Positions 47,546 through 57,886 of a stretch of 64,000 nt of DNA are shown here, piece after piece. The DNA is taken from the IMG/VR virus record IMGVR_UViG_2894352420_000001, positions 1-64,000 of that record; one strand, given 5' to 3'. How positions within the stretch are numbered: position 1 is the stretch's first letter; each line of letters opens with the position of its first letter. The notes below the pieces were generated by a model. That model had not been told where the DNA came from. It was given only the letters and a program-made list of their open reading frames with translations, and made no database searches. A program made the position numbers and the translations under genes. The DNA is from a virus. Its lineage: Duplodnaviria; Caudoviricetes.

Positions 47546-48808
47546 ATGTTCGCACTGGTTGATTGCAATAATTTCTATGCTTCATGCGAACGTGTGTTCC
47601 GTCCGGAACTCAACGGCGTTCCGATCGTGGTTCTATCAAATAACGACGGTTGTGTTATAGCCAGGTCCAATGAAGCAAAAACACTTGGAATAAAGATGGG
47701 AGCTCCAGCCTTCGAGTACGAAAAGGATTTTGAGAAAAATGGCGTAAAGGTTTTTTCAAGTAACTACGCACTTTACGGAGATATGAGTAGCCGGGTAATG
47801 AACATCCTTTCTACATTCTCTCCGGAGGTTGAAGTTTACAGTATCGATGAAGCCTTTATTCAATTTGATGGATTTGAACTCTTTGATCTTCAAAAAATCG
47901 GCGAAGAAATGCGCAGCGTGGTAACAAAATCAACAGGTATTCCAATATCTGTCGGAATTGCCCCCACAAAAGCGTTAGCGAAGGTCGCCAATAAGATTGC
48001 AAAGAAATTTCAACATACCACGGCCGGGGTTTATGTAATAAAAAGCGAAACCCAAATTCAAAGGGCAATCCAATGGACAAAAGTTGAAGATGTCTGGGGA
48101 ATCGGTCGGCAACATGCAAAGAGACTGAATGCACTAGGCGTTTTTACAGCACTTGATTTCACCCGTATGAATCAGGGATGGGTGCAAAATAATATGTCAA
48201 TCGTTGGGCTCAGGCTTCAACATGAACTGGCCGGTAGGCGCCGCCTTGAACTTGAAGAAGAAAAGAAAAAACAGAACATAGCGACAACCCGAAGCTTTGA
48301 CCAGAATTATACTGAATTCTCTGACATCCACGAGCGTGTTGTAACTTTTGCAACTATATGTGCTCAGAAACTCCGCAAGCAGGACTCTTGCTGTAATGCA
48401 TTGATGATTTTCGTTCATACCAATGCATTCAGGCCCGATCAGCCACAGTATGCGAGAAATGTGGTCCTTCAACTACCCTATCCTACCAATTCGAGTATTG
48501 AATTAGCGAGGTTCGCGGCTGATGGTTTGAAAAAAATTTTTAAATTGGGCTTCGCTTATAAAAAAGCTGGCGTAATCGCGTTGGAAATTACACCGGCAAA
48601 CTATGGACAACGGAGCATATTTGAGAATTCTGATCCCAGACATGGCCCGCTTTTTGCTGTTGTCGATAAGTTAAATAAGTCACTGGGAAATCAGAAAATA
48701 AAACTTGCGGCTCAGGATCTTGGACGTACATGGAAGATGAAACAGGAGAGACTATCACCACGCTATACAACTAAACTGGATGAAATTATAATTATACACG
48801 CAAAATAG
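47546..48808 (+). CDS. umuC: Y-family DNA polymerase (UmuC / Pol V)
   Basis: [26 protein letters not shown]-terminal LSPRYTT. Confidence 0.93.
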   Translation: MFALVDCNNFYASCERVFRPELNGVPIVVLSNNDGCVIARSNEAKTLGIKMGAPAFEYEKDFEKNGVKVFSSNYALYGDMSSRVMNILSTFSPEVEVYSIDEAFIQFDGFELFDLQKIGEEMRSVVTKSTGIPISVGIAPTKALAKVANKIAKKFQHTTAGVYVIKSETQIQRAIQWTKVEDVWGIGRQHAKRLNALGVFTALDFTRMNQGWVQNNMSIVGLRLQHELAGRRRLELEEEKKKQNIATTRSFDQNYTEFSDIHERVVTFATICAQKLRKQDSCCNALMIFVHTNAFRPDQPQYARNVVLQLPYPTNSSIELARFAADGLKKIFKLGFAYKKAGVIALEITPANYGQRSIFENSDPRHGPLFAVVDKLNKSLGNQKIKLAAQDLGRTWKMKQERLSPRYTTKLDEIIIIHAK

Positions 48809-48809
48809 T

Positions 48810-49490
48810 ATGTGTTATCATACCAAACTTACAGCAGACGCGATGTCAGTCGCAAAGGCTCTGAAAGCAGAGTTCTTGGAGAAAGATATTTATACGCCAT
48901 CCGTCGAAATAAATGGATTTCAATCTCCCGAATATCCTATTGTACGGTGGGATGAGCGGCCGATCATTCAGTTTTATGAATGGGGCCTGATCGCTGATTG
49001 GTTAACTTTTAAAGGGTTTGCAAAGAACAGCCCGGAAGTAAAGAAAGCTAGAAACCAATGTCTGAACGCGCGCCTTGAAGAATTGCCTGAAAAATCTTCC
49101 TTTAAGAATAAGATTTCCAACCGTTGCATTATACCAATGGATGGAATGTATGAATGGCAGTGGGAAATGCCTGGAAATCCAAAATCAAAGAAAACCAAAT
49201 ATATGGTAACCAAGCCTGACAATGGTATCTTCTGTTGTGCAGGGCTTTTTAATGAATGGAAGGATCCTAAAACAGGCGCAACGACTTACTGCTACACAAT
49301 CTGCACAACTGAGGGCAATGAGCTAATGAAGAAAATTAAAAATGAGGGAGAACGGATGTTGGTCGTTCTTAATCCGGATGAGCACGAGCACTGGCTTAAC
49401 CCACAAATACCGGAAATGGCATTTTTTGACCGGTCGTATATTGAACTAAAAGCCGTGTTGGCTGTACCAAAACAAATATCTCTATTTTAG
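48810..49490 (+). CDS. SOS response-associated peptidase (SRAP/HMCES-like)
   Basis: Cys2 start MCY, LNARLE, GMYEWQ. Confidence 0.85.
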   Translation: MCYHTKLTADAMSVAKALKAEFLEKDIYTPSVEINGFQSPEYPIVRWDERPIIQFYEWGLIADWLTFKGFAKNSPEVKKARNQCLNARLEELPEKSSFKNKISNRCIIPMDGMYEWQWEMPGNPKSKKTKYMVTKPDNGIFCCAGLFNEWKDPKTGATTYCYTICTTEGNELMKKIKNEGERMLVVLNPDEHEHWLNPQIPEMAFFDRSYIELKAVLAVPKQISLF

Positions 49491-49518
49491 CTTATCTATT
49501 ATATTATAATTTCTAATA

Positions 49519-49953
49519 ATGCATGGATTCATTAACCTTGACTCGGATACACTAATTCAATGCCTTGGGCGTGAAATCGAATACTATGAACTCTGGGATC
49601 CTGAACTGGGGGATTTTAAATGCGGCAGAAGCTTTATCCACGGCACCTATTTAGATGATAATGGATCCATTAAAATATATGCTGATTTAATATGGGGAGA
49701 TAGCCTAGACCAAATCAAAGAAGGTGATGGCGGATTTTGTTTTGCCAATGGATCATACATTTACCTTGCTCCGGCGCCATTTCAAATTTTCAGAATAACA
49801 TGGCTAAATAATTCGGGTGTTCAAGAAAAGAAAATAATACCAGCTGAAACATACATGGATGTTGAGCTAACTGCAAGATTGTTTACAACTGAACCATATC
49901 AAACTGTACGAATAAATTTAGACGGAACTGTTTACAATCCTATTTTACAATAA
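49519..49953 (+). CDS. Hypothetical protein
   Basis: 144-aa ORF with TAATG coupling to the Fpg-like gene. Confidence 0.55.
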   Translation: MHGFINLDSDTLIQCLGREIEYYELWDPELGDFKCGRSFIHGTYLDDNGSIKIYADLIWGDSLDQIKEGDGGFCFANGSYIYLAPAPFQIFRITWLNNSGVQEKKIIPAETYMDVELTARLFTTEPYQTVRINLDGTVYNPILQ

Positions 49954-50735
49954 TGCCAGAGATACCAGAACTGAATGTAATTGCTAAAACCCTTCAGGAA
50001 TATTTTAAGGGAGAAAAAATCAATAAAATCGAATTTCCATGGACTAAAAAGCTCAATGTCCCGGAAGATGAATTTCGCGAAGCCGTAAAAGGCGCAGTCC
50101 TCAAAAAGGTTGACAGAGATGGGAAAGAAATTCAATTTCATCTTGACAACGGGAATGTGATTGGAATCCATTTGATGCTAACGGGCAAAATGTATTTGCT
50201 ACCAACGGATGAAAAAATAAGCAATCCTATTTTTAACATTATGTTTAGCAATGGTGGTGGAATATGTGTTACTGATAACATGGGGCAGGCCAGGTCAATT
50301 TTGAATCCAGAATCAACAGGAATCCCCGACGTGTTGTCGAATCATTTTACTTTGTCTTATCTAGCATCCCTCTTATCAAATTCTAATTCAAAAATTAAAC
50401 AAATTTTAACCGACCAGAATAAGATTAAAGGCTTAGGAAATGCATATGTTGATGAAATCTTGTGGAATGTAAAGATTTCACCGTTTTCAATCAGTAAAAG
50501 AGTTCCAGATGATAAAGTTAAGGAGTTGTTTGACGCAATTCCAGAAATTACAAATGCCGCTTCACAAGCGATAGAACAGAGACAGGATCCGGAAGATATA
50601 TTTGCGATGAAAAATAAAGAACACCGCTTTGTACACAATTCGAAGCTCACCCATACAATGGATGGAGAAGAAATAATTATCGGTAAAATCGGACAGTCTA
50701 AAACTTATTATACCGAAAGTCAAATTCAATATTAA
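49953..50735 (+). CDS. Fpg/Nei-family DNA glycosylase / AP lyase without Cys zinc finger
   Basis: MPEIPE N-terminus, DGKEI, HLMLTG, H2TH motif KGLGNAYVDEILW. Confidence 0.85.
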   Translation: MPEIPELNVIAKTLQEYFKGEKINKIEFPWTKKLNVPEDEFREAVKGAVLKKVDRDGKEIQFHLDNGNVIGIHLMLTGKMYLLPTDEKISNPIFNIMFSNGGGICVTDNMGQARSILNPESTGIPDVLSNHFTLSYLASLLSNSNSKIKQILTDQNKIKGLGNAYVDEILWNVKISPFSISKRVPDDKVKELFDAIPEITNAASQAIEQRQDPEDIFAMKNKEHRFVHNSKLTHTMDGEEIIIGKIGQSKTYYTESQIQY

Positions 50736-50750
50736 AACGAATACAAAATT

Positions 50751-51278
50751 ATGCATGAAAATATTTACGCCTTACCTACCCCATCCGAAATGGATCCGGA
50801 AGCCGATATACATTTTGTGGCCGGCAAAAATGATATGCCGACGGAAATCGAATCATTAAATGCATTTTCCGAAACAATTCGTGAATATATTGGCCATCCA
50901 CATTTTTTTGATTTCTTCTCCGGAGAAAAACCTATTGATGACATTTTCTGGTATTTAATATTCAATTACCAGAAAGTAGTGCAGTATTATCTTCATGCCC
51001 AGATTACGCAGAATGAAGATTCACGATTCATAATCACGCATTTTGACTACTTCTACGGACATTTTGCGAAAACCGTTAAATATGAAGGTTCGAAAAAATT
51101 CGAAAAAACAATTGATTTAATAACTGCTGTCTTCAATTATTTCGACAAAAATGAGCCAATCGAGATTCTTGATTCATTTGAAAGTCAGGACAAAATGGTG
51201 GAATATTACCTGGCCTTGAAAAACCTTTATTATGGCGACCCTACATTATATCTTGAAGTTGTAGGTAAATATTTATGA
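50751..51278 (+). CDS. Hypothetical protein
   Basis: 175-aa ORF ending the + strand cassette. Confidence 0.6.
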   Translation: MHENIYALPTPSEMDPEADIHFVAGKNDMPTEIESLNAFSETIREYIGHPHFFDFFSGEKPIDDIFWYLIFNYQKVVQYYLHAQITQNEDSRFIITHFDYFYGHFAKTVKYEGSKKFEKTIDLITAVFNYFDKNEPIEILDSFESQDKMVEYYLALKNLYYGDPTLYLEVVGKYL

Positions 51279-51347
51279 GAAATAATAGGAAATAACTGTT
51301 TTAGTTGGAAATCTTCGGAAGAATGATAAAACCGGTTTAGCGTTTTG

Positions 51348-51572
51348 CTATTCCGGTTTTTTTGTTAATACATAATAGGCGGTAGTATTATTTTTCAAGT
51401 GAAGATAAATTATGCCTTCACTAACAAGTTCGCAAAGCATTGTTTTGTCTTTTTCATACGCCCCGTTTTTCTTCCGATACTCGTAGCTAAGAGTAATGTG
51501 CTTCAAAAAAATGGCTTTTAACTTATCTTTTTCGCTCATGTATTTTTCGGTTTTTGTTCTTTCAGAAACCAT
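51348..51572 (-). CDS. Hypothetical protein
   Basis: 74-aa ORF coupled to the HNH gene. Confidence 0.45.
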   Translation of the reverse strand: MVSERTKTEKYMSEKDKLKAIFLKHITLSYEYRKKNGAYEKDKTMLCELVSEGIIYLHLKNNTTAYYVLTKKPE

Positions 51573-52027
51573 TAAATTCTGTCTTCTTCGTAAAGCTCAA
51601 AATAGAACTTCACTTCTTCATTTGTTTCGGATACCAGTCCATACCGCTTCGCAATCTTGTACTGAGTGTTGATTTCATTTAGATGCTTCATAAATCCAGC
51701 AATGAGTTTCCTAAATTCTTCAAGTGACATTGAATGCTTATTAATATTACAGGAAGCACAAGATGGATTTTGATTCTCAATTCTAAAAGCTTCCGGATTT
51801 TCAAATCCATCATTTACCCATCTTGAAGTTACAAATGCTGTGGAAGTATCATTTTCTGTCGTTGGATTCCCATTTGTCCAATGGGCTGGAATCATCTTTT
51901 GCTTTCTACGGCACGGTTCTATTTCATCAATGTGAAATTTTCCGTTCAAATCGCATCCACAATAGGCGCATTTTCCGTCAAACTTATCGTAAATCAGTTG
52001 GCGTTTTTCTCTCTTGGTCATACTCAC
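51572..52027 (-). CDS. HNH endonuclease family protein
   Basis: CAYCG...HIDEIEP...NPSCASCNINK. Confidence 0.75.
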   Translation of the reverse strand: MSMTKREKRQLIYDKFDGKCAYCGCDLNGKFHIDEIEPCRRKQKMIPAHWTNGNPTTENDTSTAFVTSRWVNDGFENPEAFRIENQNPSCASCNINKHSMSLEEFRKLIAGFMKHLNEINTQYKIAKRYGLVSETNEEVKFYFELYEEDRI

Positions 52028-52043
52028 TATTACTTGATATGGG

Positions 52044-52304
52044 TCATATAAACGAGGTATAAAATTTTTCTCTTGCCAATTCGATTAACTTCTTATGCGG
52101 TATCCAGCTCTGAGCAATTAGAGCTTCCAATCCCATTTCGTTAGTAGTAACATCGTATAAATAGCCAGCTTCATCACCACCATTGTCACACCATACGGTC
52201 AATTTTACATTGTCCGGCATAGGTTTAATTTCGTGACCATCTTTGTGTATATCGGTAAAATAATCTTTAAATAGCCAGATTTGTTCAGGCGTTAATTCTT
52301 TCAT
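52044..52304 (-). CDS. Hypothetical protein
   Basis: 86-aa ORF in early operon. Confidence 0.5.
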   Translation of the reverse strand: MKELTPEQIWLFKDYFTDIHKDGHEIKPMPDNVKLTVWCDNGGDEAGYLYDVTTNEMGLEALIAQSWIPHKKLIELAREKFYTSFI

Positions 52305-52326
52305 TCTTTCAATTTGGTTAGCCTGT

Positions 52327-52737
52327 CTATTTCTGCTGTGATGTTATCAAATCAGGATTTTCGTGAATGTTTCCTATAATTCTCAGTGTCGTCGAAGCAT
52401 ACGACGGATCTATTGTCTCATACTCCATATCCTTTAAAATGGGATAATTTGATTTCATTCCCCAGTTTCCGTAATCTGAAAAAACGATTTCAAAACGATC
52501 CTCCATAACATATTCTTGAACAATGTCGCCTTCGTAGATCGCAATGGTTTTAATGTCTTCCATTCCTATGAATTGACCAACCGTTTCGGGTATTACATCC
52601 GATTCCAAACCGGTTTCGGGATTGTGGATTCTGAATTCATTTCCACATCCAGCGAATCGTTTTGAGTGGATGAAATTTCCGTAAACCCATTCTCCATTAT
52701 GAACAGACTTTGCTCTGAATATTATTTCTCTTTTCAT
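52327..52737 (-). CDS. YopX family protein
   Basis: MKREIIFRAK...PETVGQFIG...IYEGDIV...IIGNIHENPDL. Confidence 0.9.
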   Translation of the reverse strand: MKREIIFRAKSVHNGEWVYGNFIHSKRFAGCGNEFRIHNPETGLESDVIPETVGQFIGMEDIKTIAIYEGDIVQEYVMEDRFEIVFSDYGNWGMKSNYPILKDMEYETIDPSYASTTLRIIGNIHENPDLITSQQK

Positions 52738-53015
52738 CTTTCAGAATCATCAAAGTGAAAAAAGACACTACCAGCCTCAAAAACAACCCGGGCATCTTGG
52801 CCTTGATATTCAAGATATTCTTGAAACTCTTCTTCGCTTATTGAGCTTTCAGAAAAAGCCCCGTATTCACTGTACCAGTGGTCTTCATCAAATGGGCTAA
52901 TAGTGATTGGTCCGCCAGGAAAGCCCATGTCCTGATCACCCATGATAACAGCATCTTGCTCTAACTGTTCGTCAGTGAGCGTCTCTAAAAATTCTTTTAT
53001 GTCTTTTAGTTTCAT
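52734..53015 (-). CDS. Hypothetical acidic protein
   Basis: 93 aa, ATGA overlaps. Confidence 0.55.
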   Translation of the reverse strand: MKLKDIKEFLETLTDEQLEQDAVIMGDQDMGFPGGPITISPFDEDHWYSEYGAFSESSISEEEFQEYLEYQGQDARVVFEAGSVFFHFDDSER

Positions 53016-53233
53016 TCGTCAATAAAGTTTGATTGTTCCTCTGTGGTAAAATATTCCATGAAGTCAGATTCTTCACGCGTAACGATAATCTGAACTTGAA
53101 GCTGTCCATTATCTGTAAAAATATCGAGTGCTGCCTTTTTCATGGAATCAACAGGCAAGCTCTCTTTCATTTCGGAGATCAGGTCGATCGCTGCGGCCTC
53201 TAATAGCAATTTTTGATTGTCTTTCAGTTTCAT
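53012..53233 (-). CDS. Hypothetical protein
   Basis: 73 aa, ATGA overlap. Confidence 0.5.
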   Translation of the reverse strand: MKLKDNQKLLLEAAAIDLISEMKESLPVDSMKKAALDIFTDNGQLQVQIIVTREESDFMEYFTTEEQSNFIDE

Positions 53234-53286
53234 ATTTCTCTTAGTTTAGTTTTACCCCTCAAATCAAGAATAAGAGGGGTGTTATT

Positions 53287-53688
53287 TTAGATCTTTAAGG
53301 TTTGCAGGTAAATCATATTTTCCACCCAACAAAATACCGTAAGCAGCAAGCTCATTTGCCGGAGGCTATCAACATTGTGAGGAGTTAAAAGCATCTCGTC
53401 GTCGTCACACATGAAATCAGATTTATCCAAGCCACAGGCATTGCCTGGAACTGTAATATGTTCAGGACCAAACTCACCCCATCTAACAGAAATCCTTTCG
53501 TATTCGGTATTTGTATAACCATGGTACTGAAACCAATACGGAGACATGTTTTTGATACCGATATCAATTTTTTCTTGTGTCAAATCGGTTTTTGCAACTT
53601 TCTCTTTAAATTCCTTAAATAGTTTTATTGAAAATCCGCATCCGCCCATTTTATTAATGTCGGGATGCCATGCTTCTATTCTATACAT
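53287..53688 (-). CDS. Hypothetical phage protein
   Basis: 133-aa ORF. Confidence 0.6.
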   Translation of the reverse strand: MYRIEAWHPDINKMGGCGFSIKLFKEFKEKVAKTDLTQEKIDIGIKNMSPYWFQYHGYTNTEYERISVRWGEFGPEHITVPGNACGLDKSDFMCDDDEMLLTPHNVDSLRQMSLLLTVFCWVENMIYLQTLKI

Positions 53689-53851
53689 AAAGTGCTAATC
53701 TGTTAAAGTTTTTGATTTGAAAATCTCTTCGCTGCTTCCTCGCAAAACTCCCGGATACTTCGTTCCGATCGTTTATTGCTTTCGAAATAATACTTCCAGG
53801 AATCGCAGGAATTTTCTTTTGCGAGTTCGTTTAAAATATCGAGGAATGATT

Positions 53852-54622
53852 TCATGATGGAAATTCTCTAAGTTTTAAATGATTTAATGATTCCGGCCAC
53901 TCATCCATGTTTCCTCCGTGCCGGTCTTTTAATCCCAGTTGCTTGGAGAGGTATGTCCCAAGCTGCTTTACGAAAATCTTTGTATCAGCGCCAAGCAACA
54001 TATTACTGTGCGTATCAGAAAAGGCTTCAACTAAATATTCTATCCACTCGACGGAGCATGGGCGGTATCTGTATTTCCCGCTATCATTACCACTTTCTCC
54101 ACCAATAATTACCCAGTCCAATGCGCCTCGGAATCCTTCTGTTATTTTTCCATGTAATGGTTCGAAACTTGCGAACTTGGTTTTCGCCGGAACACGTTCA
54201 AGAATATCGATTCGATCGACTGATGCCTGGCTTCCAACCGAAGTTCCAAGCCAAACATTATCCCATCCATCACCCCAATCTTCGGGCAGATGATTGAATA
54301 TTCTTTCCGGTCTTTTCGTTAAAATCTGGAACGTGTGCTGCGGACATTTACGAATTATATCCCAGGCTTCATTTCGATAGGAGTCAATCTCCGGATGAAA
54401 GAAATCAGTTAAGGAGCTTGTAAAAATCCTCGAAGGATCCTTCAATTTCAGAGGAAGATTAAATACAGTTTTTGTACGCACGACCTCTTTGGGTTTGTAG
54501 CGCGTTTCGTTAAGACTTTCCCTGAACATGTAACAAAAAAGACAATCCGCATCTACTTTTGAACAACCACGGGCGATATTCCATGTGGCATCGCACCAAG
54601 AAATATTACTTATTTTTCCCAT
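53852..54622 (-). CDS. Gp37/Gp68 (DUF5131) family protein
   Basis: ISWCDATWNIARGCSKVDADCLFCY, ILTKRPER, WVIIGGESG. Confidence 0.88.
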   Translation of the reverse strand: MGKISNISWCDATWNIARGCSKVDADCLFCYMFRESLNETRYKPKEVVRTKTVFNLPLKLKDPSRIFTSSLTDFFHPEIDSYRNEAWDIIRKCPQHTFQILTKRPERIFNHLPEDWGDGWDNVWLGTSVGSQASVDRIDILERVPAKTKFASFEPLHGKITEGFRGALDWVIIGGESGNDSGKYRYRPCSVEWIEYLVEAFSDTHSNMLLGADTKIFVKQLGTYLSKQLGLKDRHGGNMDEWPESLNHLKLREFPS

Positions 54623-55106
54623 TTTGATTTGTTCTTAATTTGTGACAGGTAGAGCAAACTGATTCAACGTTCTCATGACATTTGGAATCATACCCCAAGT
54701 GATGATCATATTCATGGCGCTTACCGCCCGGCGTGTAGATATGTTGGCAATCGACGCAAGGCAAATCATTGGGGTGCGGAATTAAACGTTGCTCAACCAA
54801 GTAATTAACTCGTCTGCGAGCTTGTCGTTTGTCCCCGTCACGCGCATTTACAAAATTTCTTCCGGCGCTTGGCCTCAACTTTGGGCTGTATTTAATCTTA
54901 GCTGTTTCATTTCTATAAGATTGACATGCCGATGTTAAACCGTCGTACCTGCTTTTATCTGAACCGAAATCTGCACGATGGTGCCATGAATTACACCCAT
55001 AACACCACTTAAATCCGCTCTCAACTTGTTTATTGTAGAATTCCACAGACAAGCCATTCCTATTACAAAAATCTCTAATCCGTCCATTAGTAGTCTGTGC
55101 CATCAA
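54606..55106 (-). CDS. HNH-like endonuclease
   Basis: CVDC...HEYDHHLGY...VCSTCH. Confidence 0.6.
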   Translation of the reverse strand: MMAQTTNGRIRDFCNRNGLSVEFYNKQVESGFKWCYGCNSWHHRADFGSDKSRYDGLTSACQSYRNETAKIKYSPKLRPSAGRNFVNARDGDKRQARRRVNYLVEQRLIPHPNDLPCVDCQHIYTPGGKRHEYDHHLGYDSKCHENVESVCSTCHKLRTNQNGKNK

Positions 55107-55333
55107 TGATACGGTTGAAGTTTAGACTTTTTGTACTGCTTATTCCGGCGAATTTCATCCTCGTAAGAAGATTTGATATCCAGAACGATATTGCCTTTCC
55201 AGTTTCCATCGTAGGCTTTTCTATACTTCGTTTCCCACCCATTTGTTTCTTTAATCTGAAATTGGACGGTATTTTGCATTTCCGATCTGGTGATAATTAC
55301 CCGTTCAGTAGATGATATTGGGATTGTTCTCAT
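55103..55333 (-). CDS. Hypothetical protein
   Basis: 76-aa ORF. Confidence 0.45.
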   Translation of the reverse strand: MRTIPISSTERVIITRSEMQNTVQFQIKETNGWETKYRKAYDGNWKGNIVLDIKSSYEDEIRRNKQYKKSKLQPYH

Positions 55334-55361
55334 ATTGTAACTTATGGTTAATAGTAGTTGA

Positions 55362-55661
55362 TTATTTCATGATTGAAGCCATTTCCTCAATCGTTGGAGT
55401 GCGTTCTTCATCACACATGGTGCAGCGCATTTTGCTGTATTCTTTCGGAAAAGTAATGACCGGATTGTAGTCATGCGGAGCGCCATTCAAACAGTCAGCT
55501 GGGTAAGCCTGGTGATCGATGGAAATCGATGTTGTAAAAACAAATCCGTTTTCACATTTAGGACATTCCTGCTGGTAAGTGATATCTTCTTCGCAACCAA
55601 ACCCATCATCATGACAGATTTCTATTTCGGCGCCGCAGTAGGGACAATTAACGTCATACAT
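55362..55661 (-). CDS. Zn-ribbon-containing small protein
   Basis: CPYCG...CPKC...CTMC. Confidence 0.6.
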   Translation of the reverse strand: MYDVNCPYCGAEIEICHDDGFGCEEDITYQQECPKCENGFVFTTSISIDHQAYPADCLNGAPHDYNPVITFPKEYSKMRCTMCDEERTPTIEEMASIMK

Positions 55662-56133
55662 GATTGAAAGATGGTTTTGAGGTTTCAGGATTGATAAAAT
55701 GCAAATCACCCTCAGGAGTAAGCATAAGCGGCACATCAAATCGCTTAAACTGCTTCTGCATTTCCTGCCAGAACAAAGTCTGTTGAGCTTTATGAATTTC
55801 ACCCATGGATAAACCGATCATCAGCAGATTACCGAACATTTGCACGATATCTTCCATTTGATCATTGACTTTGTTCAGATCGGTCCCTTCAACTTCATTC
55901 CCCCAAAGGCTGGACTTTGCATGGTTTTCGAGCTCGTAAGTGAAAGCTTTGGCAACAAGTTTTAATTTGTGTTTGTACAGATCGGTGTACTCCATCTCAT
56001 CAAGCGATCTGATAAGATAATGGACCGCGGCAGAAAGTGTTAGGGCAAGAGCTTTCTCTTTATCGTTGAGTGGTCTTTTCTCTTTTACTAATGATCGAAT
56101 TTTGGGCGGAAGCATAGTTTTTTCATTCATCAC
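55654..56133 (-). CDS. Hypothetical protein
   Basis: 159-aa ORF. Confidence 0.55.
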   Translation of the reverse strand: MMNEKTMLPPKIRSLVKEKRPLNDKEKALALTLSAAVHYLIRSLDEMEYTDLYKHKLKLVAKAFTYELENHAKSSLWGNEVEGTDLNKVNDQMEDIVQMFGNLLMIGLSMGEIHKAQQTLFWQEMQKQFKRFDVPLMLTPEGDLHFINPETSKPSFNHV

Positions 56134-56171
56134 TTAAAAAATTAGACATTTTTAGACGGATTTTTAGACAT

Positions 56172-56369
56172 TTACTTCATCAATTCCCAGGTACCAAACC
56201 TTACATTCCGGTCAATATCTTTTGCCTGAACTGGGAACGCTTCTCCTTTTTTCTCTTCCGGATAAACACATCTGGCCATCAGGTGTGAGACTTTTCTTTT
56301 TCCTTGCATGATCTCGCCGTTGAAAACTTCATAGCTGGATCCGTAATTTGTTTTGTATGTTCCTGTCAT
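56172..56369 (-). CDS. Hypothetical protein
   Basis: 65-aa ORF directly after dnaB. Confidence 0.45.
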   Translation of the reverse strand: MTGTYKTNYGSSYEVFNGEIMQGKRKVSHLMARCVYPEEKKGEAFPVQAKDIDRNVRFGTWELMK

Positions 56370-56371
56370 GG

Positions 56372-57886
56372 TTAAAATGGGGGTTCGATGTTGTTAAAAG
56401 CTTCGTTTCTTTGATAGTTGTGAATTCTTTGTGCTTCCGGATTAGGGATTTTGGTATTTACTGCTTCAAAGGGAGTCTGAAAAGCCGCATCCAAATCCGA
56501 AAACTTGGTATACTTTCCGGTGAATTTCAGCTTTACGGTATCCAGAGAACCTGACCTGTTTTTTGCCAAAATCAGTTCTCCGGTACCAAGAACTGAATTG
56601 CCAGCATCATCCTCAGTTATTCCGTAGTATTCTGGACGGTAAAGAAACATTACGACGTCAGCGTCCTGCTCAATGGATCCGGATTCACGTAAATCGGATA
56701 GCTGTGGGCGCTTTTCACCTCCCCTGGTTTCAACAGCACGGCTTAACTGAGAAAGAGCTATTACAGGGACATCCAATTCCTTTGCCAGATTTTTAAGTGA
56801 CCTGGAAATCATTGCAATTTCCTGTTCTCGGTTTCCTGCTCCTTTCCCACCTGAATCGGCTGTCATCAACTGCAAATAATCAATGACAATCATCTGGATA
56901 TCATGCTGCGCTTTAAGCCGGCGGCACTTGGCCCGTAATTCAAGAATTGAAAGCGCCGGAGTGTCATCAATGAAAATCGGAGCATTGTGAAGTCTCTGTA
57001 TTTTCAGATGCATTCTATCCCATTCATGCAGCTCCATTTGTCCTTTTCGGATCTTCTCGCTGTCAATTTCAGCTTCGGCGGAAATAAGGCGATTCACGAG
57101 TTGAACCGAAGACATTTCAAGCGAAAACATCGCCACAGGGATATTAAATTCTACCGCTGCATTTCTCAGAGAAGAAACTACAAAAGCTGTTTTTCCCATG
57201 CCGGGCCGAGCTGCAAGAATGGTAAGTTCTGTCTTTTGCCATCCCGAAGTAAGCCGGTCAAGTGCCGTAAATCCCGAAGGAACGCCCGTCAAGCCAGTCC
57301 CGTTACCCTTTTTCAAATCCATTTCAACTAACGTCTTCCGGATCAACGAGCCCATGTTTTCATAGCTTTTCTTGATTCCTGATTCTGTGATTTTAAAAAG
57401 GGATTGTTCCGCATGATCCAGCAATTCAAAGACATCTGTTGAATCTTCGAAAGCGCTACGAAGCATCTCCGACGAAACTCCAATCATCTCTCTTTTTATC
57501 GCCGATTCAACTATTAGCCGGGTATGATACTCAATATTAGCAGCGGAGTTTACCTTCATGGTAAGCTCCATGATGGCAGTTTTTCCACCTACAATTTCAA
57601 GCTCACCTGACTTTCTAAGTTTCGCTGAAACTGTCAGGATATCGATCGGCTCAGACTCCTTGAACAATTCGAGAATCCCTGCATAGATCCGTTGATGAGA
57701 ATCCTTATAAAAACTACTTGGTTTTAAAATATCAACGACAGATGTTAAGGCGTCTTTTTCAATCATTAGAGCGCCAAGAACCGCTTCTTCAAGGTCAATT
57801 GCCTGAGGCGGCAACTTCCCCAACGAATTATCAACTATAAAATTTCTTTGGGTTTTATTATCTGGTCTTGTATCAGTTCGATTCAT
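56372..57886 (-). CDS. dnaB: Replicative DNA helicase
   Basis: LPPQAIDLE, AARPGMGKT, IDYLQL, LSQLSR, LRESGSIEQDAD. Confidence 0.96.
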   Translation of the reverse strand: MNRTDTRPDNKTQRNFIVDNSLGKLPPQAIDLEEAVLGALMIEKDALTSVVDILKPSSFYKDSHQRIYAGILELFKESEPIDILTVSAKLRKSGELEIVGGKTAIMELTMKVNSAANIEYHTRLIVESAIKREMIGVSSEMLRSAFEDSTDVFELLDHAEQSLFKITESGIKKSYENMGSLIRKTLVEMDLKKGNGTGLTGVPSGFTALDRLTSGWQKTELTILAARPGMGKTAFVVSSLRNAAVEFNIPVAMFSLEMSSVQLVNRLISAEAEIDSEKIRKGQMELHEWDRMHLKIQRLHNAPIFIDDTPALSILELRAKCRRLKAQHDIQMIVIDYLQLMTADSGGKGAGNREQEIAMISRSLKNLAKELDVPVIALSQLSRAVETRGGEKRPQLSDLRESGSIEQDADVVMFLYRPEYYGITEDDAGNSVLGTGELILAKNRSGSLDTVKLKFTGKYTKFSDLDAAFQTPFEAVNTKIPNPEAQRIHNYQRNEAFNNIEPPF

